From assembly GCF_009914755.1 (NCBI RefSeq), contig NC_060939.1: a stretch of 64,000 nt of DNA. The stretch is one strand, 5' to 3'. The notes beneath the pieces were generated by a model, which was not told the DNA's origin, searched no databases, and saw only the letters and a list, made by a program, of their open reading frames with translations. This DNA comes from the human T2T-CHM13v2.0 reference genome, Homo sapiens. The first letter of the stretch is position 1. Each line of letters begins with the position of its first letter. This document shows, in pieces, positions 45,760 to 62,345 of the stretch. The position numbers and the translations under genes are program-made.

Positions 45760-46146
45760 TGTCTTGGGGTTTTAGGGGGGTTTCCCTCTTTGCCTTTCTA
45801 GATGAGTTTCAGCCTCATAGTTTCCTACTCAGAAAGGAGGGCGGAAGGGAGCTGATGTTTCCTGAGCCCTTGCACCAGCCACGTTAGCTGTCTTATCCTT
45901 TGAAAGCCTCTAGCCACCCTGCAGGAAGCATCATTCTCCTGTTTAGCAGGCTGAGAACTGAGAGAGGGACAGGCTAGGCTCCTTGTGGAGTCTGGGTGCA
46001 GATTTGCACCATGGGGGAGCTGACCCCCGTATAGCCTCCCTTCGCGCCTACTGGGGAATGAGCCCTTGTCCCCCTCACAGCAGCCTGGGCAGCATCTGCT
46101 GGACATGCCCTGAAGGGACGGAAGTCATCTTGACAAAAGACTTGGA

Positions 46147-46463
<317 letters not shown>

Positions 46464-49400
46464 GACTTGGAGGTTTGAAGCTGCCACTGCTGTTGGCCCT
46501 CAGGGTGCTGGTCTCAGCTGTTGTGGGGAAATTAGCCCCTTGGGAGGTGGCAGGCTCAGGATGGGCGGCCACACCCAGGGAGCTCTGCCAGGAACTCAGC
46601 AGCTCCAGAGGGGGAGGGATGAAGACGGCCGTTGGAGGCTGAAGGGACACTGGCTGCCGGAACAAATGACCCCCTGCATCTCAGCGGTTTCGCATGTAGG
46701 CCTTTGTGTTCCACTCTATGGAACAGCAGTCCGAGGCAGATGTGCTTGGGCAACGGCGACTCGTCCATAGAGACCTGGATCTCTCCCTCTCATGTCTTTG
46801 CCATCCCCCAGGCCCCTGGATCTGCTCCTTCTCCAGCTGGAGAGTGGAGGGAAGGCTCAGTCATGTCTGCCTCAGAAACGACACTCAGCACATCTGCCGA
46901 CATTCCTCTGGCAAGAACTAGTCACTTGGCCTTGGCCTTGCCTGGAAGCAAGGGAAGGGGGAAACGTCGTCCCCGGCAGGGCTGCTGCTGGACAGGGCTG
47001 TCTCCAGGCACCACCCCACACTCAGAGATGAGCACACATTTTTGGTGAGCACGTAGCCTTCTCGGCAGTAGCAGGGTCAAGGCCCAGAGGGAAGCGGGTG
47101 ACTGTGAGGAAAGGCTGCTCCCCGAGGGCCACATGCTGGACGACAAAGACGAGGGTGAACCCGCAGTTCCCACTCATGGGAAGATGTGTCAGCTGCCCAC
47201 ATGAGCCGAGGCTGGGACCAGAGCATGGCCCCTTGCAGGCAAGATGTTCTCGGACCATGCCTTCTCAGCTGGCGCCTTCGTCCTCGAGTGGACTTAGAGC
47301 CAGGAGCCCTGGTGGGGAGCAGTGGGGAACAAAACAGTGACGAGACAGATAGTTAGAGCAGAGTCAAATGTGAGGGTCCTTTCAGGCCAGGGCATCCCAG
47401 AGGTCAATGCGTCCTTGGCAGAAGCTCCTCAGTTCTCTCCTGGAGACAGCTGGGCTCATGGGCTAGTGACCTGCGGTTCACATAGAGGGGTCATCCTCTC
47501 TTGTCTTCCCCGGCCAGTGGCTTGGAAATGGTCACCCACAAATCCACCAAAAAAAGAAAGGCATATGTGAATAGATGAAGTTGATTCTGGATTTGAATTA
47601 CGAGATTGATTGGGATGACGAAAACCTTGGAAATCTGGATGACTGATTTGAATTTTAATCCTTCAGCGTGTTTCACAAGTGAGGAAAGCAAATGACTAAT
47701 ATTTTATTTTCCAGAATCAATCTTTCTATGTCTGTTTGGCTCCTTGGATATTCATTCAAAAGACATCATTTTAGATGTCGTGAAACAAAAACCATCTATA
47801 ACCCCAGTAGGAAGTGATTGAGGCATGAGTAAGACCCAATGAGGGGAGGACCAATGGAAGGGACTTTTTCCGAAAACAAAAGAAAAGTGATTTAAAGAAA
47901 AGAATATTTGCTTGGTGACATGGATATCTCGCAGACAGTCGTCCTTGGGAGAAAAAACTAAAGTTTAAGTGCACATCCCGATCCACTGTATCTTTTTCCG
48001 CCTTCTATATTACCATTCCCCACACGTCTGCTCAGCCAAAAATGATATAATATGTAAAACCAGAAATCCGAGTGGGAGAAACACTGAATAATGATAATTA
48101 AATGGGTAAACACGTGTTCTGCCAAAAGTTTAGCAATGCTGTAATCAAGTGAGTAAGAGTTTCTCAGAGGTACTCAGTGTGAAGCTTCTTGGTGCATAAG
48201 GAAATTCAGTGAACTTTCAACTGGAGCAGCGTGAGTCAAAGGCGGGAACGCACTCCTCCGGCTTTATTCAGAAACCCTCAGGGTGGACTGAAATGGGGGA
48301 TGGAAAGGGAGAAATGGAAGGGAAAAAACGGGGAGGCTTCTAATGGATCAAATGTGGCCAGCCAAAAAGAAAAAAAAAATCCTTGCAGGAAGCAGAGAAC
48401 AGGGAGGCATGGCATCACTCAGCCCAGGATTACAAGAACCAGAAGAGCAAATTCCAGGAAGAGTGAGTTGTACAGCCTGTAAATGCTGATGCTGAGTGAG
48501 GAAAGTAGCTCTATTATGCACAAAAACATCCAGGTTTTCTCCCAAGTCAGAGTGTCAGACAGGAATGATCCCCGCGTTAAATCACTCCGCAGCTGTGTCG
48601 CATCAGCTGCATGGGTGGCAGCGTACAGGGGAGAGAGAGAGAGAAAGAGAGAAAGCGCGGGGGGATTGAGGAGAGTCCTGGGGCAGGCGAGGGGCTCAGG
48701 GCTCTCGAATTGTGATAGTAATTTGCTCTCAAAATAAATCAAGCAAACCCCTAAACATTGTGTAGGAAAGAGGCAGCCAGCACAATGTAGGGGCAGAAGC
48801 TTGACTCCAGACCCTTCCTAGTTGATACTGGGGGGTGGTGTCCCACCCAGGACCCCAGGGCCATAGTTCAGTCATTGCTATGGGCCACAGGTGCTGCTGC
48901 TGTGAGGACACTGACCCCAGGCACAGACCCTGCTGTGCTCTTTGGCTCAGAGCGTGAAGACTCGCTACTCAGGTCTGAGCCCCAGCAAGCCTGATTTCCC
49001 AGCCTCCTGGCTGTAGGCATGGTGTCAGGAAAGAAACTCAGAGTTTACGCCTAAAAGCACCAAACCTTAAAACGAAGGCAAACCTTCCTTCACAGCCTCC
49101 CCACTGCCTCCGTGCCCTGCCTACTCCTTCTCAATAGGCCACAGGAAGAGGGCATTGTGCACCCTTTGCCACCCTGGTCCCTGTGTGGGGAGGGGCCTTG
49201 TTGGGGGAGCCTGTAGGTTTGGGGCTGCAGGAAGGCGTGCTCTGTGTGCCCCAGTGACACTGATGCAATAGAAATGGAATGTTGCAGCACGACCCTCAAG
49301 CTCACCAGGAGGCCCATCGTGTGCCACCAAGTCAGAGGTGAGATGAAAATCTGCTTATTGCATGGCCAACACGCCAAGACATCAGTAACACCAGGCGAGG

Positions 49401-50007
49401 GCTGTCATCAGTGTGCTCTCCCCAGTAGTGGAATGCGGGGAGGCCTGTAGACCCCAGACTCTCCCAGGGCAGGTGGTCCCCCAGCATGCAGAAAGCTCCT
49501 TGCGATCTGAAAGCACATCACACAGAGCAAGGAAGTTCTTTGCTTCTGCCTTCCCTTTGTTTACCCCCACTGTGCTCCGACTGTGATTAGGGGCATGGAA
49601 ACTTTGTACGACAGACCCAGGCTGGAGTCTTGGCTGTGCCCTTTCTAGACAGTGACCTAGAGCATGTCCTTTTTCCCGTCGGTGTCTCTGATTCCTGTGT
49701 AAAGAGTGTGTGGAGGAGAGCTCCTGAGCTTGCCTGGATCCAGTGCTCTGCTCTGGTGGACCACAGGGAGTTTCTATTTTCCTCCCTTCTCAGACAGGGC
49801 CATAGCACTGCTCCCAGCCAAAGGGCTGGGAGGGGAAGTGATGAGGATCACTTCTGGGCCAAATCATTACATCATTTGTGATGTTGGTTTTACCCGTAAT
49901 TTCTTTGGAGAAATGCTCCAAAGTGAAGAAATGGCTCAGGTGAGTCTAGATGAACCCAACCAGCCCACTGAGATGGCCTGAGATTCCCAGGTGCACGCAT
50001 GCATGGA

Positions 50008-50028
50008 CACACACACACACACACACAC
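50008..50028. repeat. (CA)n microsatellite
   Basis: ~10 CA units. Confidence 0.85.
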
Positions 50029-50353
50029 CCCTAATGGAGACAGTCCCTGATTTGAGTACTAACAGGTTGTCCTGTCCCATACCTGCCTAGAAGAGTTGTG
50101 CCATCTGGTGTTTTGTAAATGCCTGAAGGCCCCTGGGAGAAAGGGCCCTGGCCAGGCTGGATGGATGCCTCCACAATAACCAGTGAGGATGCTAAATTCC
50201 CAGGGCAAACTTGGGAGGCGCTAAGGTGCCTTTCTCTTATGATTATAGTTATCTCGTCACCTCGCGTAGATGATCAGCCCCTGATATTGAAACTCGGGAA
50301 ATGAAACTGCGCCCATCCTTGGTCCCTGGGTCCCAAATGGAGTCCACTTTAGC

Positions 50354-50505
50354 ACAGGGGTTTCAAACCAGGGTCTATGAGTTGGCTTCGGGTCCTTGTT
50401 AATTCGTTGAGAAGTGTGTGCCAACAATAATTTTTTTGGTGGAAAGGGTACATAGCTTTGTTGGATTCTCAAAAGAATCTGTGATCTCCTGAACCTTAAG
50501 AACAA
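50354..50505. mobile_element. MER103-like hAT-Charlie fragment
   Basis: caggggtttcaaaccagggtctatg...catagctttgttggattctcaaaagaatctgtga...ttaagaac. Confidence 0.5.
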
Positions 50506-52269
50506 GTAGATCAGGTTAATACGTTCTAAGGTAGAAGGAATTTTGGTCAATTGTGCAAATAAACTGAAAGATATTCTTGGCCAATAGTTTCAGAGAAAGT
50601 CGGTGTGAAGCCAATTCTAGGCACTTGATTAACATGATTGTTACTTTCCCTGTAATTCCTGGCCTGAAAGCCTCCCTTGGTACCACTTTTCCCAGCCAAG
50701 TGGTGCTTTCTTCCAAATGCCTTGAGGTGCCTCTCAGATTTTGGAGGGCGGCCAGTGCCATGACTTTAGGACACGTTTAACTTTCTAGGCCTCCAAAGCG
50801 CCAGGCAAGTGGCCCCTTTTCTTTTTGTTTGTCCCCTCATCCCCTTCTCGTCTCCTTATTGTTTCATGGATTTTAAAAGATTTTTATATTTTATTTTGTT
50901 CTCGATCTCATTTCCACAAAGGATATGAAGCGTCTGATTTTCTCAAGATGTAGGGTGTGTGAATTCTTTGTGTATCTTACAAATGTCCTTTCACCAGAAT
51001 GTTTAAGGAGGGCCCGGATACTCAAGAATCAGTTAATAAAATCATCGCATTCACTGAAGATTGACCGCAGAAGCGTTTCCATTTGCGTCGTCACTGACAA
51101 GGCACGATGCATGTGTCTGCTCTCTGCCTTGGGAAACAGCGATCGTCTCCAGTATTGATTCTTTTGTTGGATGGTTGGACGGTTCCTTGGGGATTTGATG
51201 GCCTTACAGCCACCATCCTAAGATTGCCTCCTCGCTGGTGACAAGGCTAAGATTGTTTTGTGGATATGGCTATTGTTACTGTTCTTTCAGTATGTTCTTG
51301 ATGTGAATTTGTTTTATTGTGATTTTTCTTTCTCATTACAGGAGAAATGACCTAATGCATTTAGAGTTTTGATTATGTTCCAGCTTGTTAAGGGTTTTGC
51401 CCTGCTGAACAGTTTGTGAGTTGAAGAGGCCAGAAGCATAAGGAGCTCCAGGAAGCTTCCAGCTGGCCCCTGGCAGGGAAACATGTGCCTACATTGGCAG
51501 ATGTAGGCTTGAGACAGACACATGTTTCTCCATGTTGAAGCCTAAGCTTCTCCAGCTCCTGAAGAGGGACACTGTGTTTGTCATTGGCCAGGGAGTCCCC
51601 TCCAGCCTTTCTCTTTTGAACACTTTTACCCAGGGGTATAAATGATTGTGACTCTCAGTCCAGAGCTCCTGTTGAGACCCTGTATTGAGAGGTGTGCCAA
51701 CAGGTGCAAGGAACCAAATCAGGCCTCTGTTCCAGCTCCTCTCTGACTTGCCTGTTCAGGGCAGCGACAGCCACATTCCCCTCAGACAATAGGAGTCCAA
51801 GTTGGCCCTTGTCCATTCTCACCCTGGTGCTCTGACTGTACACCAGGTGCTACCCAGTGCAGTGTGGTGAGCAAAGGACATTGCAGCTTCTTGGCTCTGG
51901 CTTTTGGGCACAGGTGCAACTGACCCCCAGTCCAGAGCCCTGATGGAATTAGCCCTGCCCTGGGGTCTGGGAGCAAGCTCATGGAGACACGAAGAAGGGG
52001 CGGTCCAGAGGGGTAACTCACAGATGACTAGTGTCAAGAGCAGAACTTGACGCCAGGCCCAGGTCCAGGAATGTAGCATCAGGTGGATCTGGGGTGACCC
52101 AAGAGAGCTGGACATCCTCAGATGCCTTTGTGGCTCATCATGTGAGGGGGTAGTCTTCTGTGGAAAGAGCCAGCAGACAAAGAATCAACCAACGCAATCA
52201 TTTTGGCCACTTACCAATCCCTTGGGTAAAAGTCCATTGGGTGTTTAACTGGCTCATCACATAGACATA

Positions 52270-52591
52270 CAGCTTTTATGATGGTTTGACTTAGGGTTTT
52301 CCAACTTTACAGTGGTGCAAAAGTTATACACGTTGACTAGAAACCATACTTCAGTACAGTATTCAACAAACTGCATGGGGTATTCAACACTTATTATAAA
52401 ATAGGCTTTGTGTTAGATGATTTTGCCCAACTGTAGACTAATGTCAATGTTCTGAGCATGTTTAAGGTCAACTAGGCTAAGCTATGATGTTTGGTAGGTT
52501 AGGTGTATTAAATGCATTTTCGATTTATGATATTTTCAACTTATGAAGGGTGTATTGGGATGCAACCCCATTGTAAGTCAGGGAGCATCTG
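52270..52591. mobile_element. MER47A-like TcMar-Tigger element
   Basis: TA|cag...gtaagtcagggagcatctg|TA with TA TSD; internal taggctaagctatgatgtttggtaggttaggtgtattaaatgcattttcg. Confidence 0.8.
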
Positions 52592-53749
52592 TAGTCTTTA
52601 TAGGCCAATGTTCTCATGGAATAATGAGGCAGACACTCAGAGAAGCTGTGTGAGGTGCCCAGAAGTCTTGTCATTTAGCTCAGGTTCAGTCCTACTCCCT
52701 CTGTTCACGGCTCCTTCACTCCCACCAGACAGTCCCATTCATTCCCTTAACATATTGTCCTGAGTTTGGTTTTGACATTTCCTTGTCTTCAAAGCCCAGC
52801 AAATTCAATGCCTTGCATCTGAACTCTTCCTCTAGGGAGTTTGGAATACTCTCTATGCATCTTTTTAGACTTCTGGAATGTTGTTAACCTTAAAAGTAGG
52901 AAATCGTTGAGGAGGCACTTGAAAGTCCCTGGCTTACAGTATCACGCTTAGTCATTCCTCACTGAGAATTCTCTCAACTTTCATTTCTTAAGGGTTACCA
53001 AGCAAGTCACATCCTCAACTTTCATTGGCAAGACCTTCATGGTTGCTATGAGCCAGTTCAAAGAGAGCAGGGTCTCGGGCTTTGGCCTCAGACCAGCAAG
53101 CTGGGGCTGGCCTGGCCTTTGCCCTAATTCCTGGATATCTGTAACATCCCATGTCACTGGATAAATGCAGTGAAGCCATTCCTCCTCTAAGGGTCAAAGA
53201 TCTGTGGTCAGGCCACAGAGCAAAGCCGAGTTAGGAAGACTCCAAGGTAACAGAGTTTTAGGAGCACAGAACCAGTGCAAGGAGCAAGCAGCTGAGAGAT
53301 GCTGGAAGTGGTGTGGAAGTGGCGTTCCATTTCAGGGGATGGCTTCTCACTCTCACCCTCTGGCTTCCATTTCTTATGGGCAGTCACTGCCCTCAGTAAG
53401 ACTGATGGCGCCCATGTTCTCCTCTTAGCTCTCCTTTGGGATGTGCACGGACCTCAGGCAGTGGGCATCATTAAGCATGTGCTTCAGCATAGTGAAAAGA
53501 TAGGATGCTGAGGGTGTTGCCCCCGTGGGGGCCCCTCTTCATCTGCCGCTTCCAAGTGGCTCCCGTACTAAGACACATTCTGTGGCTGCAGGAAAATGAA
53601 CCTTTGCCCACCCAGTCTGTCCAGCATGATGCTTCAACTCTGCAGCAACGACATGCTTCGACTTTGCAGACAGCCTTAGGGGTGGATATCAACTCTACAA
53701 GCATTTAGTGAATAAGCACACTGTCTTGTAAGGAATATATACAAATATA

Positions 53750-53995
53750 TGTATAGCATTAATGGAGTTCCTGCCACATGCTAGGAGGCTCTGGGCACTT
53801 TACCCTATGGTGCAGCATTTAATCCTCATAGAATATTCCTCATAGAAAAAAGGTAGGTGCTATTATCATCTCTACTTTAGAGACAAGGAAAGTAGACTTA
53901 GCAAGAGGAAGTGGCTCTCCTCAGGCCACATGGGTAAAGTGGCAGAATGAGGCTCAAACCTGGGGCTGTGCGGCTCCACTGTCCACATACCTCCC
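53750..53995. mobile_element. MIR
   Basis: catttaatcctcata...aggtaggtgctattatcatctctactttagagacaaggaaa...aggccacatgggtaaagtggcagaa. Confidence 0.65.
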
Positions 53996-54225
53996 ACGAG
54001 CTGGTCAGCCTCTGAGTGATAATAGTGGCTTTGAAGGCTTAGAGGGAATGGCTTCAGCTGGGTGTCCAAGCAAGCCATATCTGTAAAATGAGTGCCTTCT
54101 AAGTGGGTAGAACTCAGAGGAGCAGAGAGGAAAGGAGGGAAATTCCAGGTGGGTTGGGCCAGGAGTGCAAACATACATAACTGGTTTGATGGATGGAGAG
54201 TGAACAAGTTTGGCCAGAATCAAGC

Positions 54226-54419
54226 AGCGTTTCTCAACAGGGGCACCACTGGCATCGGGATGAGACAATTGTTCAGTGTGTGGGACTGTTCCAGGCATTA
54301 GAGGGTAATTCTCATGCCTGGACCCTGCCCAGTAAGTGCCACCCCCATCCTAATGACAATGAAAATGCTTCTACCCATTTCCAAACACCCTCTAGGGCAC
54401 CCCAGGTTGAGAACCACTA
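54226..54419. mobile_element. MER20-like hAT-Charlie element
   Basis: Inverted termini cagcgtttctcaac ... gttgagaaccacta. Confidence 0.7.
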
Positions 54420-55869
54420 GAGAAATGAGAGCTGGAAATCAGCTGGGGACTGTTATTGGGATAAGACTGAGGAGGGCCTTGAAAGCCAAACAAGGTTAGC
54501 CTTGAGACTGGAGACGATGGGGAGTGACTGAAGGTTTATGAATGAAGAAGAGTGTGCGGGGCGGCCAGGGGGAGGCACTGGAGAGGAAGAGAACCTAGAC
54601 TCCAATGAGAGCAGACTCTCAAGGTAGCTGAGAATGCCTGTAAGCCACCTTCTGCCAGTCCTACAGGGATCAGTGTCATATTCACATGAAAGAGCCCAGC
54701 ACCACCACCAACAGAGGTACAATGACACAGAAGTGTGCATGACTCCCTGATCAATCTCTAAATCAGGGGCTCTGCTCAAGGCATGGTGGGGAATCAAGGC
54801 TAGATAATAAAGAGATAAACTACCCTGATATTACTAACAGAAAGGAAGCAAGGAAGGAAGGAAAGGAGGGAGAGAAACTAAAAGAAAGATGACTGGGAAG
54901 CTTGCCAATGATTATTTCTTTGCCTTTTTAGTTCAGTTTATTTAAACTGTCTCTGAGCCTGCATCCCTTTATCCAAGAGGTCATCAAACTTTGTCTTATA
55001 AACTTCATCACAGGATTAATTTGCAAACAAGGAACGTGCTGTACCAGCCATGGGTACTTGAGCTAGGAGTCTCAAGGAACTTAGTACATACTAACAGACC
55101 CTCAGAAGCCTTAGCCCTTGACCTTTAATATCTCCAGGCAGAGAAAAGTACAGGGCTGTGGAGTAGAGGAAGAAGCCCTCTGAGGTCCATGTGAGCTGGC
55201 TGTCTCCACATGTGTCCTGAATGAGAGCAGCTCCGCTGGGGAATGAAAACCAAAACCTAGACCCCTAGCTGCCCTTTGGGACCACTGGGCATTGCTCTTT
55301 GGCCTGGAAAAGATGCCGTAACTGCTAGCATTCCAGTTATCAGACAGCTTCAAGAATGATATGTAGTTTTGTTTATAAGGAAAAATGCCAAGCCCCTGAG
55401 AAAATTCCCAGAACAATGATTGTAACTCATGACAAGACAGAGTATATGAAGTTTTTCTGGCGCCTTGGCCCAGGCTGTTGATGTAGGACCTTGTGGGATT
55501 TTCTTTTTCATCCTCCAAGAAGTTATGCTTTTTCACCAAAATACTGATTTTTAAAAATGAAACTTCATGGCTCTTTTGGGAGGATTCAAAGGAATTCTAT
55601 CCTAATATCACTATTTCTAAAGAACTTTCTCCACTTCATTTCAGCTGGGCTGTAAGTCCTCATTTCCCATCCAGAGTAGGGGCTGATTTTGTAATGCGTT
55701 ATCACACTGATACTGAATTTTAACTCAGAGGGTGGGGTGGCGTGATCTTGGTTTAATAAAATTTAAAATTCCCCAAGTCCTACTAATACCCACAACTCTA
55801 TGACGGCAGAACAAATTTTGTTATGTATTTAGTGAGGAACACTACCCTGGATCATATTCCAAACTTCTG

Positions 55870-57110
55870 CCAGTTCTGAAAATGTCTAGCCAATATCTCT
55901 TCAAATACTGACTTTTCTCCATTCTTTTCCTCTCCTTCTCTGACTCTGATTAAATGCATGTTGGTCTTCTCATTCCGTCGTCCACATTTCTTAACTTCTC
56001 TTTCACATTTTCCATTTTTTGTCACCGTGCTTCATTCTAGATGATTTATATTGACCTAGCTTCCAGTTCCCAAATTCTTTCTTCAGCTTTTTCTGCTTTT
56101 GTTGAACCTGTTGACTGAGTTTTAAATTATGATTATTCCTTATTTTTATTCCTAGAAGTTCCATTTGGTTCAATTTCAAATTTGCTATGTCACTTTTTAT
56201 AGTTTCCTATTCTCTGCAGGATATTTTAAGCTTCAAAAATCTTTTAACATCAAGAAGTGTAGTTATTTTATAATTCATGTCATATGATTCTAGAATCTGA
56301 CTTTTTGCAGGTTTGTTTCTGCTGTTCATTCTTTCTATTGGATCTCACTCATGGTGCCTTGTTTCCTTATGTGCTTGGTTATTTTTTATTGTATAATGCT
56401 GACTGTCCTTGAAAAATTATTTGTGGGATGAAGTGCTTCCCTTCGGGATTTGCATTTGTTTTTTCCTGAAGTTGCCTGAGGTCACTGCTAGTCAAAGAGT
56501 ACTTTAAACTAAATTCGCACTTAAGATTAGTTTGGGACCATCCCAGGAATGTGAATTTGGGATGCAGATCTCCCTAAAGGCCTACTTACGATTACAAATA
56601 TTGAGAGGACATCGCCATCCTCTCCTGCTCTGTTCAGTGCCTCATTTAATTCCCTCACTCGGATGGGAGAAGATTACTACTGACTCATTTTTATTCTGAG
56701 GGTATAGCTTTTTGGGCTCATGATTTAATGTGGGGAGATTCTCCTGTTATACTCTTCACTTTTGTTTTTCCCCGTCACCATCAGGAACCAATCAAAGTTC
56801 AAGTTTGCTGGATCAGCAGTTGCCCTCAAAGCAAAAGCAACTCCAGTATTGCTCTTTCGTTTCTGGGGCTCCCTCTTTCTCTTAAATGTTTGGCCTAATA
56901 ATTCCTCACTATTAGGTTGCAACATATGATATTATTATTAGTACACCATTTTTGACTGTCAAAAAGACAACTTTAATAAATCTAATATTTAGCCAGCTTT
57001 TGGATGCTTCAAAATATGTGTCTCTCCTATTTTATCTGACATTTGTCATTGTTTTCTGCAGAAGGGTTGACCCAAATAATCCAGTCTGCCAAATTCCCAG
57101 AAGTAGAGTC
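55870..57110 (-). mobile_element. Old L1M/HAL1-like fragments
   Basis: ttctgaaaatgtctagccaatatctcttcaaata..., tttttattcctagaagttccatttggttc typical of ancient L1 ORF1-region remnants. Confidence 0.5.
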
Positions 57111-57349
57111 TGCCTTTCAGCTCTTCCGGTCGATGCTTGTGGGAAGACTTTCCCCTCTCCAAAGCCAGCTCACCCATGTGTGATCTCTGGGAACTTTCTC
57201 CCACATAGTACCTTCTTATCTTGGGTGACCACAGTTTTTCTCTTTCAGTTAACCCCTTCTCTTCTGCCATTTTGGCTTAGTAGTTCATGTTTCTCTCTCT
57301 ACTGGAAAACTTTTACAACAAGCGGGAATGACTTCTTTCTCATCATCTA

Positions 57350-58900
57350 ACTACTGCAAAGAGTAAATTAATACAGAGAAAGACCATGAAAAATGAAAAA
57401 TAAGTGAACAGGAAACATGGCTGAAAGGCAAAAAGATGTTTTGAAAGGTTAATGTGAATGGAAGTCCAGAATTACAGCCATGTAGTTGCCTGTCAGAGCA
57501 GCTGATCCCATTTGTAGCAGGAAGATAGAGGGCCACCGAAAGAGATCTCCAAAAAAAATACAAAATGAATAGATTATGGAGTGTACTTAAATATAATGAG
57601 AGGAGAATGTATCCAGAGGAGATGTTAATGAATAGCTAAGCAAAACAAAACAATAACAACAATACACATGCACACACAGGAAAACAAAGAAGCAAAGAAA
57701 GAAAGGAAGGAAGAAACAAAAACCTAAAGCCATTATTAACTTCAGGGAAAAGAAAAGCTGTAAAGCAAAGGAAAGATGGTCACTATGTGTATGGCTCAGC
57801 TATAGATAATATTTACATATCCATGACTATGTGGATATAAAAATTGGTTTATTGTGGTAAAACTATATTAGGAGAATGGGGAGTATGTGTGTGGGTGAGG
57901 GGTGGTATAAGAGAGCTAAATTCTTATTTTCCCATTGTAGGAAGTCAATAGGTAGTATCTAAACTTAAAAAAAATAAAAATGTGCTCATATGAACATGTC
58001 ATTTAGAAATATGGCTCTGTGAAAATGTTGAAAGAAGTAGGTAAAATAGGTCAAGGTGGCTGCATCTGAAGATTCAGAATAAAAAGTAAGTGTGGCAAAA
58101 AAAAGTGAGTGTAGCAAGAAACTACTTTTTAAAATTATAAATCTAGTATCATTTGACTTTTAAAACTGTGTGCTTTTATTACTAAGATAAAACATGAAAA
58201 TTAAATTAAAAATATAAATATTACAAACAGACAAAATTATCATGGTTGATTGCATATCTTGAAAACCTGAGAGACTAATTAAAACTTAGTATTGAGTAGA
58301 ACATGTAGCAGGTTTGCTGGATACAAGGTAAATATACAAAAATAAATAGCCTTTCTCTATTATCAAAATTCAGTTAGAAATGAAAATGGAAATCTCCTAC
58401 TCATCTTAGTTATTTAAAATCCTGCAATATTCATAGGAATAAAAATAAAACTAGCAAGAAGAATCTAACACCTACTGAAGAACATTATACAACTTTATTA
58501 AAGAAATTAAAACAACATTGGAGAGACATATCACATACCTAAATAGAAAGTCAAAATTGTATAAAAATGAAAATGAAATGTGATTTTAAATGGAATCCCT
58601 ATACTATATCTTTAAATAAATATATCTTAAAGGTAATTGAAAAGAACAAAGTCTGAGAATAGCCTGGAACAACTTATAAAAGAATGGTGTGAGGGGAGTA
58701 GTTTGCCTCAGGGGATACTACAGCTTTAAAACTGCTTTAACAAAACAGTATGGCATTGACACACAAATATTCACATAGAGCAGTGAAACGGAACAAATCC
58801 AGAAACGGTAACATTTTCTTCATCATCTTTGGCTTGTTTCATTGTTGCAAACATGTATTGCTTCATAATTTAAAAAATCTAATAAAGATAATTCAATAAT
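57350..58900 (+). mobile_element. Old L1ME-like fragments
   Basis: A-rich; gtagcaggtttgctggatacaaggtaaatatacaaaaataaatagc...tggagagacatatcac...aacagtatggcattgacaca resemble degraded ORF2. Confidence 0.5.
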
Positions 58901-59458
58901 AATCCAATGAAATATTTTCATGTATATGCATTTTAAGTATTTCTTTAGAAAAACAATGGTATTGTCAGATGACTTTCTCTTTTTCTGCATGTGTTTTTCT
59001 TCTTTTAAAAATTCTAACGCTCATTACCAACTATCCAGTAACACAGAAGTATATTAAGAAAAACTTGCAGGTTTCTCTTCAAGACTCAGTCCTTGTTCCC
59101 TTCTCAGAGGAGATTTAGGGTGTGTTCTCCCTCTTAATCACTAAGATTGCTTTGCATGGTCCAGATTGCGTGGTCATTTTATGGTCCTATATACTACTGT
59201 ACAAAGGAAAGATTGCTGCAAATATATTTAAGGATTTAAAAACTTAAATGAAATAATTTTTAAAAATTTAAAATAATTCTGCACTTACTATTCTTTGACT
59301 ATTTTTAAACATATCTTTTTAAAATGTCTCATGCAACAGAAACATAGATTATTAAAAGTTCTTCATCACAGGTCCCATCTTCCCACCTCACTCCCAATCT
59401 GATTTCTCTTGCTAGAGTAACAGGTTGGTAAGGACCATTCTAGTTCTTTGTTTCATGA

Positions 59459-59513
59459 CATATATATATATGAGATATATATATATCTCCCTACAAATAT
59501 TGTACATATATAA

Positions 59514-59550
<37 letters not shown>
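59459..59550. repeat. (TA)n / (GA)n compound microsatellite
   Basis: Interrupted TA runs followed by ~(GA)10. Confidence 0.9.
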
Positions 59551-59551
<1 letters not shown>

Positions 59552-59559
59552 GCACTTGA

Positions 59560-61320
<1,761 letters not shown>

Positions 61321-61324
61321 TTTT

Positions 61325-61710
<386 letters not shown>

Positions 61711-62044
61711 TTAAAGTACTAGGGGAAGAATAGGATGACACTAGAAGTTATTTCCTCACTTGTTTTTATGAAAGCACTGGACCTCATCTTCATCACCAAT
61801 TTTTTTTTTTTTTTGCAAAATATGGTGAATCATGGATAATGCTTCACGTTATAATTCTTCAAGATCTTTTGTCGTTTTACTATTCATTTATTAATTCATT
61901 GATTTGTAACTGAAGACGGAGTGGATACATCTTCCTGGGAGGGATATCAATACATCTCAGGGGTTTTAAAATGTATTAGGAAATATTTCATACATACAAA
62001 GAATGTGTAGATTGTCTACATAAGGAATAAAGAATAATATAATG

Positions 62045-62345
62045 GGCTGGGCACGGTTATGCCTGTAACCCTAGCACTTTGAGAGGCTGAGGTGGGCAGA
62101 TAACCTGAGGTCAAGAGTTCGAGACCAGCCTCGCCAACATGGTAAAACCCTGTCTCTCCTGAAAATACAAAAAATTAGCTGGGTGTGGTGGCATGTTCCT
62201 GTAGTCCCAGCTACTCTGGAGGTTGAGGCAAGAGAGTCACTTGAACCTGGGGGGCAGAGGTTGCAGCGAGCCAAGACTGCACCACTGTACTCCAGCCTGG
62301 ACGACAGAGTGAGACTCCATCTCAAAAAAAAAAAAAAAAAAAAGA
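62045..62345 (+). mobile_element. AluS
   Basis: Dimeric Alu, TSD aagaa(t/g)aatataatg. Confidence 0.95.
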
